A DNA stretch of 64,000 nt from the human T2T-CHM13v2.0 reference genome, Homo sapiens. The translations under genes were made by a program, and so were the position numbers. The notes under the pieces were generated by a model that was not told the origin of the DNA, did not search any database, and saw nothing but the letters and a program-made list of their open reading frames with translations. The stretch lies in the NCBI RefSeq assembly GCF_009914755.1, contig NC_060936.1, one strand, 5' to 3'. Shown piece after piece: positions 15,100 to 39,687 of this stretch (positions are counted from its first letter, which is position 1; the number at the start of each line of letters is the position of its first letter).

Positions 15100-15705
15100 T
15101 GTTAGATATGAATTCTAAACTTGTTTTCAAAGAATATGTCAGTATGTTCAATTATTTACCTTCTACTTTTAAACTTCCTCATAAAGCAACCTTTTTCAAT
15201 TACCTGCTCCACCCTGACTCATTTTGATCACCTGCTCCAACCTGACTCATTTCAATCACCTGCTCCAACCTGACTCATTTCAATCACCTGCTCCACCCTG
15301 ACGCGTTCTGATTACCTGCTCCACCCTGATTCATTCCCATTACCTGCTCCACCTTGACTCATTCCCATGACCTGCTCCACCCTGACTCATTCCCATTACC
15401 TGCTCTGTCATAACCATTTTTCCCGCCAAACCACTCACCCCATCACTCTCTTTAAATTGGCCAATCGGAATTAGTTTAGCCTGGGCGGTCTAACCCTAGC
15501 CAATAGGGGAATGACACAGCAGCAGGGGCCACCTGAATCAGGGATAAGAACCCCCTCCCCTTCCTTGTCCAAGTGTGTGCTCACCATTGCTCCATCTGTA
15601 AGGGCGCACCCTTCTATAGAAGTACCTTGCCTTGCTGAGAATTAAAAAGAAAATTTTATATTCGAGTGCTATTTCTTTTGCGGCACTGAAACTTTATATA
15701 TAACA
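15100..15705 (+). mobile_element. LTR10-family solo LTR with expanded 28-bp VNTR
   Basis: Starts tgttagatatgaattctaaa, ends tatataaca. TSD atat (15096-15099, 15706-15709). Seven 28-bp units at 15199-15394. Confidence 0.85.
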
Positions 15706-16164
15706 ATATTAATAAACAAAGCAAGGCCGGGCGCAGTGACTCACGCCTGTAATCCCAGCACTTTGGGAGGCCGAGGTGGGTGGATCACGAGGTCAGGAGA
15801 TCGAGACCATCCTGGCTAACATGGTGAAACCCCGTCTCTACTAAAAAAATACAAAAAAATTAGCCGGGCGTGGTGACGGGCGCCTGTAGTCCCAGCTACT
15901 CGGGAGCTGAGGCAGAAGAATGGCGTGAACCCGGGAGGCGGAGCTTGCAGTGAGCCGAGATCGCGCCACTGCACTCCAGCCTGGGCGACAGAGCGAGACT
16001 CTATCTCAAAAAAAAAAAAAAAAAAAAGAAACAAAGCAAAAAATTTGACTGGGCATGGTGGCACACGCCTGTAATTCCAGCATTTGGGGAAGCCGAGGCG
16101 GGTAAATTGCTTGAGCCCAGGAGTTTGAGAGCAACCTGGGCAACATGGCGAAACCCTGTCTCTA

Positions 16165-16371
<207 letters not shown>

Positions 16372-17051
16372 TTAATAATATGCCATAATGACATGTATAC
16401 TGATCCGGATTTGTATCTAGGGATTGTACTGTGGGAGTCCAAAAACCTGCTGCATATGTAAAATAGTTATACTATTTAATGAGCAAAAGTCACTAGCAGC
16501 AAAATTATCCAAAAATCAGTGGAGTTCTAGGAATAAAGTATCTCTTGTGGTGCCAAAGCAAAAATGCAAGTCTAGACCTCAGCAAGGCAAGACTTTATCA
16601 AAGGAGGCTATGACAATAGGAAGACACTCAAAGCCTAAGCTAGAAACCTCTCAGGGAAGGGGTGTGTGAGCAGAAACTGTGGCAAAGGCAGCTGTGGAAA
16701 GAGAAAAGAGAAAAGGGTGTATTCAGTTTGCTAGGGGAAGTCTTGAACTTAATGAACTGTGTCAAAAAAGAAAAGGAAGGACAAGGCAGCACAGTTTAGT
16801 TGGTGGATAGGTATATGGAGTGGGGTTTGGGTCTGAGAGAGAGCAAACAAGTTACAATGCAGAAAGTTTGCATAAAGCTGAGGGCCTAGCTGTCCTTGTC
16901 AAAGCAGACTGAAGTTACATGAAGCACTAAGTTTAACCATCCCTGTTACTGGCTATCTGTGCACACTTAAATGATTTTGGCTTTTAAGCAGATATAAATT
17001 GCATATATTCCAAGTCATGTTGACACAAACGTATCTTAGAATCTGGCTCTA

Positions 17052-17384
<333 letters not shown>

Positions 17385-17441
17385 CTACTAAAAATACAAA
17401 AATTAGCCAGGCATGGTGGCACATGCCTCTAATCTCAGCTA

Positions 17442-17615
<174 letters not shown>

Positions 17616-17733
17616 TTACTCACAAGTCTGAGGCAGGAAAATCACTTGAACCCAGGAGACGGAGATTGCAGTGAGCCAAGATCGTGCCACTGCACTCCAG
17701 AGCGAGACTCCATCAAGAAAGAAAGAAGATGAA

Positions 17734-17777
17734 GGAAGGAAGGAAGGAAGGAAGGAAGGAAGGAAGGAAGGAAGGAA
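17734..17777 (+). repeat. (GGAA)11 microsatellite
   Basis: Direct read. Confidence 0.95.
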
Positions 17778-17799
17778 GGGAAAGAAAGAAAGAAGGAAA

Positions 17800-24130
<6,331 letters not shown>

Positions 24131-24356
24131 TAGGCCAGGTATGGTGGTTCATGCCTGTAATCCCAGCACTTTGGGAGGCTAAGGCAGGCAGAATACTGGA
24201 GGTCAGAAATTCAAGACCAGCCTGGCCAACATGGTAAAACCCCACCTCTACTAAAAATTAAAAGAAAGAGGAGGGGAGGGAGAGAAAGAGGCTGGGTGCG
24301 GTGGGTGGCTTACACCTGTAATCCCAGCACTTCAGGAGGCCAAGGCGGGCAGATCA

Positions 24357-24581
<225 letters not shown>

Positions 24582-24597
24582 TCAACAAAAAAAAAAA

Positions 24598-24990
24598 AGA
24601 GAGAGAGAGAGAGAGTCCTAGACAAGAGAGAGAAAGAGAGAAAATGAAAGAAAGAGAGAGAGAAGGAAGGAAGGAAGGAAGGAAGGAAGGAAGGAAGGAA
24701 GGAAGGAAGGAAGGAAGGAAGGAGGGAGGGAGGGAGGGAGGGAGAGAGGGAGAGGGAAGGAAGGAAGGAAGGAAGGGAGGGAGGGAGGGAGGGAGGGAGA
24801 GAGAAGGAAGGAAGGAGAGAAGGAAGGAAGGAAAAAAAAGAAAGAGTCCTAGATGAGAGAGAGAGAGAGTCCTAGATGAGAGACAGTGAAAGCAAGAAAG
24901 AAAGAAAGGAAGAGAGAAAGAAAGAGTCCTAGATGAGAGAGAGAGAGAGAAAGAGAGAAGGGAAGGGAGGGAGGGAGGGAGGAGAGTCCT
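24598..24990 (+). repeat. ~390-bp polypurine tract including (GGAA)14 at 24665-24720
   Basis: Direct read; GA/GGAA/GGGA runs. Confidence 0.95.
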
Positions 24991-24994
24991 AGAC

Positions 24995-25504
24995 CAGGGG
25001 TCCCCAATCCTACTGGTCTGTGGCTTGTCAGGAAGTGGACCCCACAGCAGGTGGTGAGCAGTGAGCAAGCAAGCAGAGCTTCATCTGTATTTACAGCTGC
25101 TCCCCATCACTCACATTACCACCTGAGCTCCACCTTCTGTCAGATCAGCGGTGGCACTAGATTATCATAGGAGCATGAACCCTATCGTGACCAGAGCATT
25201 CAGGAATCTAGGTTGAGTGTCCTTATGAGAATCTAATGCCCGATGATCTGTTACTGTCTCCCATCACCCCCATATGGGACCATCTTATTGCAGGAAAACA
25301 AGCTCAGGGCTCCCACTGATTCCACATTATGGCAAGTTGTATAATTGTTTCATTATATATTACAATATAATAATAATAGAAATAAAGTGCACAATAAATG
25401 TAATGCGCTTGAATCATCCTGAAACCATCCCTCCCCACCCTGATTCATGGAAAATTGTCTTCCACAAAACCAGTCCCTAGTGTCAAAAAAGTAGGAGACC
25501 ATTG
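24995..25504 (+). mobile_element. MER1A-like hAT-Charlie non-autonomous DNA transposon
   Basis: TIR caggggtccccaa...gtaggagaccattg. 8-bp TSD tcctagac (24987-24994) / tcctagat (25505-25512). Confidence 0.85.
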
Positions 25505-25665
25505 TCCTAGATATACTGTTTCATGGAACAAGTAAGGTGCAGAAAAGTGTATAGCTTATGTTGCTTGTGTAAAAAAGAGCAAAATGGGCCGGGTGTGGTG
25601 GCTCATGCCTGTAATCCTAGCACTTTGGCAGGCCAAGACGGGCAGATCACGAGGTCAGGAGATCA

Positions 25666-26011
<346 letters not shown>

Positions 26012-26414
26012 TTATACTGTTTATCTTTAACCTTTTTCAATTTTGAGTCTTATGAAAGTCACATCTAATTTAAAAGTAAATAATGGACCGGGTACAGTGG
26101 CTCACACTTGTAATCCCACACTTTGGGAGGCCAAGAGGGGAGGATTGCTCTAGCCCAGGAGTTCAAGACAACCCTGGACAACATGGTAAGATCCTATCTC
26201 TACAAAAAATTTTAAAATTAGCAGGGCATGGTGGCACACTCCTGAGGTTCCAGGTATTCAGGAGGCTGAGGTGAGAGGATAGAGTGAACTTGGGAGGTCA
26301 AGGCTGCAGTGAACCATGATCTCACCACTGTACTCCAGCCTGGGCAAGAGTGAGACCCTGTCTCAAAAAAATAAAAATAAATGATACACTGAAAATATAG
26401 CAGAATTTCTGTAA

Positions 26415-26606
<192 letters not shown>

Positions 26607-27177
26607 TAGCCAGGATGGTCTTGGTCTCCTGACCTCGTGATCCACCCACCTCGGCCTCCCAAAGTGCTGGGATTACAGGCATGAGCCACCGCACCCAGCC
26701 AAAAATAATTCTTAATCTTAATTTCACATTGATAAAATGTATTTGAACAAAATTATTATACTTCTTTATTTTTTTCCTCTGAAATGGCCAAACTCTCTTG
26801 ACTACTTGATAGACCACCAGCTGACTATTCTTTGAGCAAGGCTGTCCCAGAACTTTAAACATTCAGATGCCAGAGAGGCTACTACAGTTGGATCCAGTAT
26901 CTGAACCCACATCTCTTTAGGACCACAAATTGTATTCTTATACCAGAGATTAAGTGGGATCTTATTAGAGAAATTCCTAATTCTTAATTCAATTAGTCAG
27001 TATTTGCTGGAAACCTATTATTTAATATTATCTGTTATACAGAGATTAGTGTATCCTGGCTGCTGTTCTCAAGAAGCTCACAAGCATGCTGAAGTTACTA
27101 AACTATATCCAATTACATAAAATAGGTTCTAAAGGCCCCAGCAACTATGGCAGTTGGTTAAAATAGATTTATTATAA

Positions 27178-27515
<338 letters not shown>

Positions 27516-27785
27516 TAGCATTTTTGTTTTTCAAATAAAAACATAGGAAAAAATCAAGAGTTTCAAACCAATACATAAAGTTATTTCTTCACATAATTAA
27601 AACAAATTATCATATACCACTTTCCTACCTCCCTTCATTGAATAGTACAAAACTTGGTACTCTGCTTTTATCTACTAGATATTCTGTATTTGCCTTGACC
27701 CTTGTTAAATGAAGTCTCCCTTTGTTTAGGAAAAATATACAGTATATCAAAGGATGAGATCACCAACCCAAAGCTATGCTGATTA

Positions 27786-27875
<90 letters not shown>

Positions 27876-27934
27876 TCACGAGGTCAGGAGATCGATACCA
27901 TCCTGGCTAACACGGTGAAACCCCATCTCTACTA

Positions 27935-28129
<195 letters not shown>

Positions 28130-28396
28130 TTATGGGGTGTATTGGTTACTGAGGCAGGAGTAGTTTGGAAAATCAGTCATAAAAGCATGGGTTACAGAAG
28201 TTCATTTTCTGTTACCTAGATGTGTTTGCTGAAGGAGCTATCACTGATCAATTACAACAGGTTTAAAACAAGCATTGGTGTTTAGTTGGTACCATGCTAT
28301 AAAAATTTCAGTCTCGGCTGGGCACAGTGGCTCACACCTGTAATCCCAGTACTTTGGGAGGCTGTGGCGGGTGGATCACCTGAGGTCAGGAGTTCA

Positions 28397-29027
<631 letters not shown>

Positions 29028-29077
29028 TTAATTTCTTTTGACCTATCATAATTTTATATTAAAAGGTCATAATATAG

Positions 29078-29587
29078 TGTATTAATTTTCTCTTCCGCTG
29101 TAACAAATTACCACAAATTTAGTCACTTAACACAATACAAATTTATCATCTTATGATTCAGTATATTAGAAATCTGACACAGGTCTCACTAGACTAAAAA
29201 CCAAGATACTGGAAGAGCTGAATTCCTTCTTGAGGCTCTAGGGAAGAATCTGTTTCCTTTCTTTTTCCAGCTTCTAGAGGTTACCCACATTCCTTGGCTC
29301 ACAGCCCCTTTTCTCCTTCTTCAAAGCGAGCAACAAACGTTTCTCTGACCCTACTTCTGTTGTCATATCTCTTTCTCTGACAACCCCTTCGTCCTCCCTC
29401 TTTCAGTTGTAAGGACCTTTACAATTACCTTGAGCCTGCCTGGAGGATCAAGGATACTCTTCCTACCTTGAGGGCCTTAATTTAGTCACACCTGCAAAAT
29501 CCCTCTTGCCATGTAAGTTAACATATTTGCAGGTCACAAGGATTAGGACACGAACATGTTTAGGGGACCTTTATTCTTCCTACCACA
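29078..29587 (-). mobile_element. MLT1-family (MaLR) LTR
   Basis: tgtattaattttc...gtaacaaattaccacaaatttag...ctaccaca, typical MLT1 ends. Confidence 0.75.
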
Positions 29588-30643
29588 CGTGGAAATTGAA
29601 TTTATAAATATATCCGTTAGAATTGCACTTGACCGCTTAAACAATAAGGGATCTCTCTGTCTCCTATAGCAGGAAATCTGGGAACGGGAAGCTCAAGGCT
29701 GATTGTGATGGCCTCAACAATGCCAGCAAGGAAACTGACCCCTAGTGTCCTGATCACTACCATGCTTAGCAATGACTGCTGAGCCTCAGGCATCCTCACC
29801 GGTTCCAGGCAGGAAAAAAGAAATGGAAGAGGCAGTACCAGCAAAATTCAGCTTACATTTTGTTAGCCAGAATTGAGTCATGGGACCACCCCTAGCTACA
29901 AGGAAATCTGAGAAGGGAAGTTTTTAGCTTTCCTCCTTCTCTAAAGAAGGAAGGAAAATTGAAATAAGAGTTGGAATGAGTGACAGGTGAGCTAACCTAC
30001 AGAATTGACTACAAGTAAGTGATTGAACAAACAACTTTAATAATCCAATTATTGAAGGGCAGGACTCAGGTGTAGGAATTTAGTGGACTATTTGCTATAC
30101 ATGTTACTCAATATCTGTTAGTCCTAAGATCAAAATTGATTTTTAAAAAAAAGACTCACAAGTCACAGTTTACTTAGCCTTAAAAGGTACACGGTAAACA
30201 ATGCACACAGCTAAACAGCAGAGACCTTCTGATGTCTGGCAATGCTGGGTGCAGCTTCCATGCCCCTCCACCACACAGCATGCTCAGCTGCAAGAGGTGA
30301 GGCTGAAGCGTGTGCAGAAGACTTGACCTCTGGGCAGCCACCCTTTCCATTCTCTACCTATGTGTAGTCCATGCTTGCTGCATAGCCTCTGGGAGAAAGT
30401 GCTAAATCACATGCCTAACAGGGCAGCTGCAACTCATCAATCAGGGGTTTCACAATGAATGCTTCTGTAAGCCAGGGGCAATCTGACCTGCTAACATTCC
30501 AAGTTTATCTTGTATCAATACATTCTGGGGAGCAGAGTGGCAAGAAGGTAAATCTAAGGTCATATCCCCAGGGTCCCTGGGTCTGGGGCAAAAGTTTAGA
30601 CCAGCCAAAAATTCCTTCCTTGGTGGGCTAATATATTTATCTT

Positions 30644-30718
30644 TCTTTCTTCCTCTTGAATTCAGAGTATCTTTCTTCCTCTTGAATTCAGAGTATCTTT
30701 CTTCCTCTTGAATTCAGA
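30644..30718 (+). repeat. 26-bp tandem repeat, about 2.9 copies
   Basis: tctttcttcctcttgaattcagagta at 30644, 30670 and 30696 (partial). Confidence 0.95.
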
Positions 30719-31223
30719 ATCAATTGAGAGAAATACAGGAGTCAGGATAAGTGAGCATCAAAATATCACCTTAATAAAGTCAACTGGAAGATGTGGCCAA
30801 GTGGGCAGGCTCACACTTTCCCCAGACATCCCCGCCTGGTTGCTGGCACAGCTGAACAACACAGGCTTCTCAGCAAAGGCAGGGTCATAGGAAGCAGATC
30901 CACTCCCTGTAACACACAGGTCTAGAAAGGTGGAGGAAGGGCTGAGCTCAGTCTGTTCTTACTAACTCACATGTCTGACTGCTCACTCCTATTTCCCTGG
31001 GGAGGGGCGAATGAGGAACAGGGAGATACTCAGTGATTCTCAGCCAATCTCACAGTTCAAAGCCACCCAGGGAACCAATGTGCAGTGAGGTAGAAAGCCA
31101 CTCACCTACCTGAAGTTGCTGCATCTGGAAACATAAGAGATGGAGATACTGTTCTTCCCCATAACTCAGAAGATTCATTTTAACTACGCTCTACTTTTCT
31201 CATAAATGGCAAATTTCCTCTGA

Positions 31224-31439
<216 letters not shown>

Positions 31440-31846
31440 TAGCCAGGATGGTCTCCATCTCCTGACCTTGTGATCTGCCCGCCTCAGCCTCCCAAAGTGC
31501 TGGGATTACAGGCATGAGCCATCGCGCCCGGCCTTTCAATTCTTTTAATACAAAGCAAATGAAAACACCTGTTTTCAATTTCTTTTACCAGTCAGGCTAT
31601 CTTTTGGAACCTAAGACAGTTTGCCTCTAGGTTTCTGCTAGCACTCTTGTTTGAGGGCATTCCCTGGAGTCATAAAGGGCAGTTCTTTGGGAAGAAGGGA
31701 TGGGAAGAAAAAATAATGTCAGTTCATAAAATAATCTTCAGACATTCTTATTTATAAATGCCATCATCAATAGAGTTTTCATTTTTCCTTTGCTCAACAA
31801 AAAGCTATCAAGTATCTTGAGTAGCTGTTTTTTGTTTTTTGTTTTA

Positions 31847-32625
<779 letters not shown>

Positions 32626-33958
32626 TAGTCTTCAACTCCTGGGCTCAAGCAATCCTCCAGCCTCAGCTTCCCAAAGCGTTGGGATTACAGATGTAAACCA
32701 CTGCACCTGGCCTGAGTTTTCAGTAAACCAAATAATTAATGTAATTCTGACTGTATTAGAACCTAAAGCACATTTTCTGGCTATGGGTCCCCAAGCAGAG
32801 CAGGAGGCCTGACCAGTTCATGGATTCCCTGCACCGGGTCTGGCAGAAAGTCACAGAACTCGTTGTATTAGGTCTCCCCTCAGGTACTTGAAGATACAGT
32901 CTTCATATCTCTTCAATATTCCAGGGGAGGGGACCCTACTTGTTTTCAAGATACTGACTTTTCATGTTAATAGCAATGCTCCCATAGATATTATATTGCA
33001 TCCCAGAACTTTTCAAATCTGTAGTTCCACCTAAAATTTTATCTAGTGAATTGTTACTTACTGCCTAGGTGCCAACCAGTACAGCAGTGCGTCTTCATCT
33101 TACTTAGACTTCAGAGCCTCCCACTGGCTGTAATGGATGAGCATGCACCCAAGCTCCCCTTCCACCACTCTGCTTGCTGGCATATGAGAGTGCTCTCCTC
33201 TGCAGGGTCCTGAATCTTGATTCTCATTGGCTACTAATATGTAATGGCTTTTGCTCAGTGCTGTTGTGACAATCACCCTGTTGGCCTTCTGTGTCTAGGA
33301 AGAATTACAGTCACTACCCTAACGAGCTCAGAGTCTCAATTTGCAGAAGGCCTGTCATTGAACATAAAATGAATTTTGAGCCATTGAGAAGACTTTCTGC
33401 TTTTCTTGAGCCAGTGGTTGAACAGTGTAATCCCAGGTGTGCCTGTAATCCTTGGTCTTTGGGAGGCCAAGGCGAGAGGATCACTTAAGGCCAGGAGTTT
33501 GAGACCAGCCTGGGCAACATGGGAAAACCCCATCTCTACCAAAAATACAAAAAAAATTAGCTGGGCGTGGTGGCGCACAGCTGTAGTCCCAGCTATTCAG
33601 GAGGCTGAGATGGAAGGATGGTTTGAGCCCAAGAGGCAGACATTGCAGCGAGCTTAGATTGTGTCACTGCACTCCAGTCAGGGCAACAAAGCCAGACCCC
33701 GTCTCATAAAAATGGCTGGGCATAGTGGGTCATGCCTATAATCCTAGCACTTTGAGAGACTAAGGCAGGAGGATTGCTTGAGGCCAGTAGTTAGAGACCT
33801 GTGTGGCTAACTTAGTGAGACCCTGTCTGTTTTGTTTTTTTTTTTTTTGGAGACAGAGTCTTGCCTTGTCACCCAGGCTGGAGTGCAGCGGTGGGATCTT
33901 GGCTCACTGCAACCTTTGCCTCCTGAGTTCAAGTGATTCTCCTGCCTCAGCCTCCTGA

Positions 33959-34389
<431 letters not shown>

Positions 34390-34973
34390 TAATTTAAAAA
34401 CTTTTTTTACACAGACAGGGTCTCGCTATATTTCCCAGGCTGGTCTCAAACTTCTGGGCTAAAGCCTCAGCCTCCCAAAGTGCTGGGATTATAGGAGTGA
34501 GCCACTGTACCTGGCTCTATTTTATTTATTTATTTATTTATTTTATTTTATTTATTATTATTTTTTTTTGAGATGGAGTCTGGCTCTGTCATCCAGGCTG
34601 GAGTGCAGTGGTGCGATCTCAGCTCACTACAAGCTCCGCCACCCAGGTTCACGCCATTCTGCTGCCTCAGCCTTCCGAGTAGCTGAGACTACAGGCGCCT
34701 GCTACCACGCCCAGCTAATTTTTTGTATTTTTAGTACAGACGGGGTTTCACCATGTTGGTCTGGCTGGTCTTGATCTCCTGACCTCGTGATCCTCCTGCC
34801 TCGGCCTCCCAAAGTGCTGGGATTACAGACATGAGCCACCGCGCCCGGCCCTGGTTCTATTTTAAATAAATAAATACATGAAACTAAAACACAATTGGAA
34901 CTTTATTTGCTCTTTGATGACCCTTCATAGCACCTCAATTTCTCATGGCATGCCTCTTGCTTGGTTTACATCA

Positions 34974-35375
<402 letters not shown>

Positions 35376-35499
35376 TCACTTGAGGTCAGGAGTTCGAGTC
35401 CAGCCTGGCCAACATGGTGAAACAATGTCTCAAAAAGAGGGAGACTCTGTCTCAAAAAAAAAAAAAAATCTCAGAAGATTCTTAGAAATTTCTTACCAC

Positions 35500-35892
35500 T
35501 GTTAAAAGAAAAAAACTTCAGCTGAGTTAAATGTAAAGAAGTTTAGCTAAACAATGAACAATTTGCGAATAGGGCAACCCCCAGAATCACAGCAGATTCG
35601 TAGTGAATCCAGCGTAGCTACCTGGTGGAAGAAGATTTATGGACAGTAAAATGAAAGTGACGAACAGAAAACAGAAGTGAAGTACAGAAACAACTGGATT
35701 GGTTACAGCTTGGCATTTGCCTTACTTGAACACAGTTTGAACATTTGGCTACATTTGATTGGCCAAAACTCAGTGATTGGCACGGATGTGGGCTGTATAC
35801 CTCCACTTTTTACAGTTCATGATGTACAGAAAAACCTGTAGGCCAAACTTAAACATGTGAGAAGGCAGCTTTAAGCTAAACTTGATTTAAAC
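35500..35892 (-). mobile_element. MER57-family LTR
   Basis: Minus start ttaaatcaagtttagcttaaagctgcc; multiple CCAAT boxes. Confidence 0.7.
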
Positions 35893-37663
35893 CCACCTTG
35901 TCTCAGTTCTCCTGGTTTCCAAATTATCTTCTGGCCTCATTTTCTTCCCTAGCTCAGAAATATAGTGACTATCCATCACTATTTCCAGCATTAACGCCTT
36001 CAAATCTCTTAGTCTTCTGTTTCACTTGTGCTATAATCATCCAGACGACAACAGACCTAGCTAAAGAACATATAACATTAGGTTTCACATCTGACAAATA
36101 TGTGATCTGCAGTGGACATATGCTCATTTTTGCTCACCATTATCCAGCCTCCTTTCTTTGGCAAAACCATCTTAATCTGCACCATGCTGTATTCCAGTCT
36201 TGGAGGCAGCTCCCCAACTAAGAATATGCCTCTAGCTAAGCCAGACAGTGTCTCCCCACCATCCCCTCTCTCTGGAATTGGACTCTGGGGTGGAGTGATC
36301 CAAAGATATTAAGCAATATACAGGCAGCTATGTCCTAAATAATCAATCTATTCATTTCTACTACTGAGGCCTGTGAAATGCTTTGGTTTTGTTTTTTACA
36401 TATTGGTTCATTAACCTCCCCCTTTGTTTTGCCCCTCTTGTTTCCACATATTTTTCCAATGAAATCCCTTTTATCTTGTGATAAAAGTGATTTGCTGTTG
36501 TTTGCAACTACAAAACCCTAACTAGCGGTGGCAGCTTGTATTAGTGATTTAAATCCTGCATAATCAGGAAAATTATATTTACATATTAAGATGTCATGAG
36601 GAGCAAATGTGAAAAGAAACTCAAGGGGTCTAGTATGCAATAGCCACAATAAATCCATGCCCTCTAAAATCAGGTGAACCTCCAACACAGCTTGGCAGTC
36701 TTTTTATTTGGTCTGGGCCATCTGCTTCACCAAATCCCCTCGGAGGGTTTTACAAACATTTACAATTTTCTTCAGGCTGCCCACTCTATCTCTACCTCAA
36801 TCTCAACAGCCTGTCTGGAATGTTACAGGTGAACATCAAGGAGATAGAGATACCATGTTTGCAGAATCTCAGAAGGCTTTTTTGATCTTGTGATTCATGC
36901 CAGGGTCATGATGTCTTAAAACTAGGTTTGCAAGAATACACTTTTGAAAAAACACATTAGGACATTGATTAGAATCGCCTTACCAATACCTGCATCCTAT
37001 AAGTGTTTTGCAATACTCAGAGTGGCTCAGTGGAGTGAGTGAGGTTGTAATCCGAGCTGCTACTGAAATTCTTCTTTATAATTTGATAGTGTTGGACTTG
37101 AAGGTCCCATCTGGTTACACAGTAATTTACCACTTTACTGTGGGTTCTGGTACGCCAAAGAAGGCAGTACTCTCCAGTCTTTGTTTAAACAACTCTAGGA
37201 TCAGAATGTTCCTGGTTTGTCCTGGTACCAGAGACACTGTTTGAAATTGTTTGTGTCTTCTTTTCAGTCAATCATTCAAACGTTCAAACATCGAGATTAC
37301 ATGCATCTACAAAAAATGTATGTATGTCTTAATTATGAAAGCATTCTCAACATACCAAACTACAAACATATCAGCCATAAATTTCTGCAATCTCAATATA
37401 TATAAAGTAGCACTATGAGATGAAAGAATGTTGATCAACTTGAAAAGATAGTTTTGGGGTATCCAGAACCAAAGCCTCCAACCTTTCTCATTGATTTCTG
37501 GATAAGGAGGCCTCCTTTATATATTTTTTCTTTTTACCCTCTTTCTTTCCCTTCCTTCCTCCCTGCCTTTATAAAGCTACCTAAACAATCTAGGACTAGC
37601 ATTAAGTTTGTTGGACATGGCATTTTTCTCAGTACAAATATTTCAATTTTTCTTCCTGTTTAA

Positions 37664-38246
<583 letters not shown>

Positions 38247-38835
38247 TGATCCGCCTGCCTCGGACTCCCAAAGTGCTGGGATTACACGCCTGAGCCACCG
38301 CGTCAGGCCGAAAATTTTTAACGTTTAGAAACCCACGTTTCTAGCAGAGCGTGGTGGCACACATCTGTAGTCCCAGCACTTTGACTGGGTGAGGCTGGTG
38401 GATCGCTTGAGCCCAAGAGCTTGATACCAACCTGGGCAATACAGTGAGACCTCACCTCTATAGTTGAAAGAAAGAAAAAAAGAAGGGCAGGGTAGGGCAG
38501 CGGAGGGGAGGGGAGGGGAAGGCAGGGGAGGGGAGGGATGTTTCCTTGGATGAAATGTGTTTCTTCTTGTGGTCCCCGACCAGTTTTAAACTTTAGAACT
38601 GTGGCACTACTAACTGGCTTCTAGGCAGCCTCTTCCACTTAGATGGGTTTGAAGTACAGAAATGATTTCATCAGCCTGACCATTGAGGCTCTAGAGATTC
38701 AAGCATGTGGAGAAGTTCTGAGTGCTCAATCTCAATGCCAATCATTTCACTGGTGAAAATAAGGTTCATAGCTTGAATAAGAGGAAACATCTATCCACCT
38801 GACATCAGGTTTTGTTCCTGATTAAGGATACATTT

Positions 38836-39687
38836 TGATACTGGAGTGCTGGAAAGGGAAGATTGTGGTCCCTTTAAACAATACAAAAGGGAGGAAGGGA
38901 AGTGCTGGATAGAGAAAGGTGTGGTCCCTGCCTAGGGCTCCACCCCCACGGACCTAGGTGAGGACAGGCATTTCCGGCCCAAATGTTGCATTTCCCAAGA
39001 CCATCCTGGCCTGCCACGCCCCCATCCTGGGCCTGTAAAAACCAGAGACCCTGGCAGGCAGACACAGTGGCTGGACATTGTGAGGAAGGCGTTGGTGGAA
39101 GAAGATGCAAGTGGCTGGTCGTTGAAAGGAGCACACCAGGAGAAAAGCATATCAGCAGGCACCAGCATACCAGCAGGCACCAGCACGTCGGCAGGCCATC
39201 GACTGGTGGGACGCCACCGGCAGGCGGGAGGAGGTGCAGTTTGGCCGGGACAGTCGGAGGAGAGCCAGGGCTGCCCAGTGGCCCAACTCCAGGGGAAGAC
39301 TATCTCCCTTCTGGCTCCTCCATCGGCTGAGAGCTGCTCCCGCTCAGTAAAACTTTGCACTCATTTTCCAAGTCCACGTGTGATCCGAGTCTTCCACTAC
39401 ACCAAGGCAAGAACCCGGGATACAGAAAGCTCTCTGTCCTTGCAACAAGGTAGAGGGTCTAATTGAGCTGGTTAACACAAGACGGTAAACTAAAAGCATC
39501 CTGTAACATGCCCACTGGGGCTTCAGGAGCCGTAAACATTCACCCCTAGACACTGCCGTGGGGTCGGAGCCCCACAGCCTGCCCGTCTGTATGCTCCCCT
39601 AGAGGTCTGAGCAGCCAGGCACTGAAGAAGTGAGCCACACCCCCACTGCATGCTCTGCGAGGGGGACAGGGAAACTTTACCGCTTCA
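38836..39687 (+). mobile_element. ERV1 solo LTR, LTR1/LTR27/LTR28-like group
   Basis: tgatac...cgcttca ends; GC-rich U3 (gccacgccccc) and agtaaa poly(A)-like signal. Confidence 0.65.

Noticed and set aside
15199-15405. CRISPR-like 28-bp repeat array (also the 59570-60230 repeats)
   Set aside because: Units are contiguous with no unique spacers; eukaryotic LTR tandem repeats.
38484-38538. G-quadruplex-like G-run tract
   Set aside because: Ordinary degenerate Alu-tail purine repeat with no supporting context.
38874-39553. Overlapping 60-142-aa ORFs
   Set aside because: Lie inside a GC-rich solo LTR; no gag/pol/env motifs.
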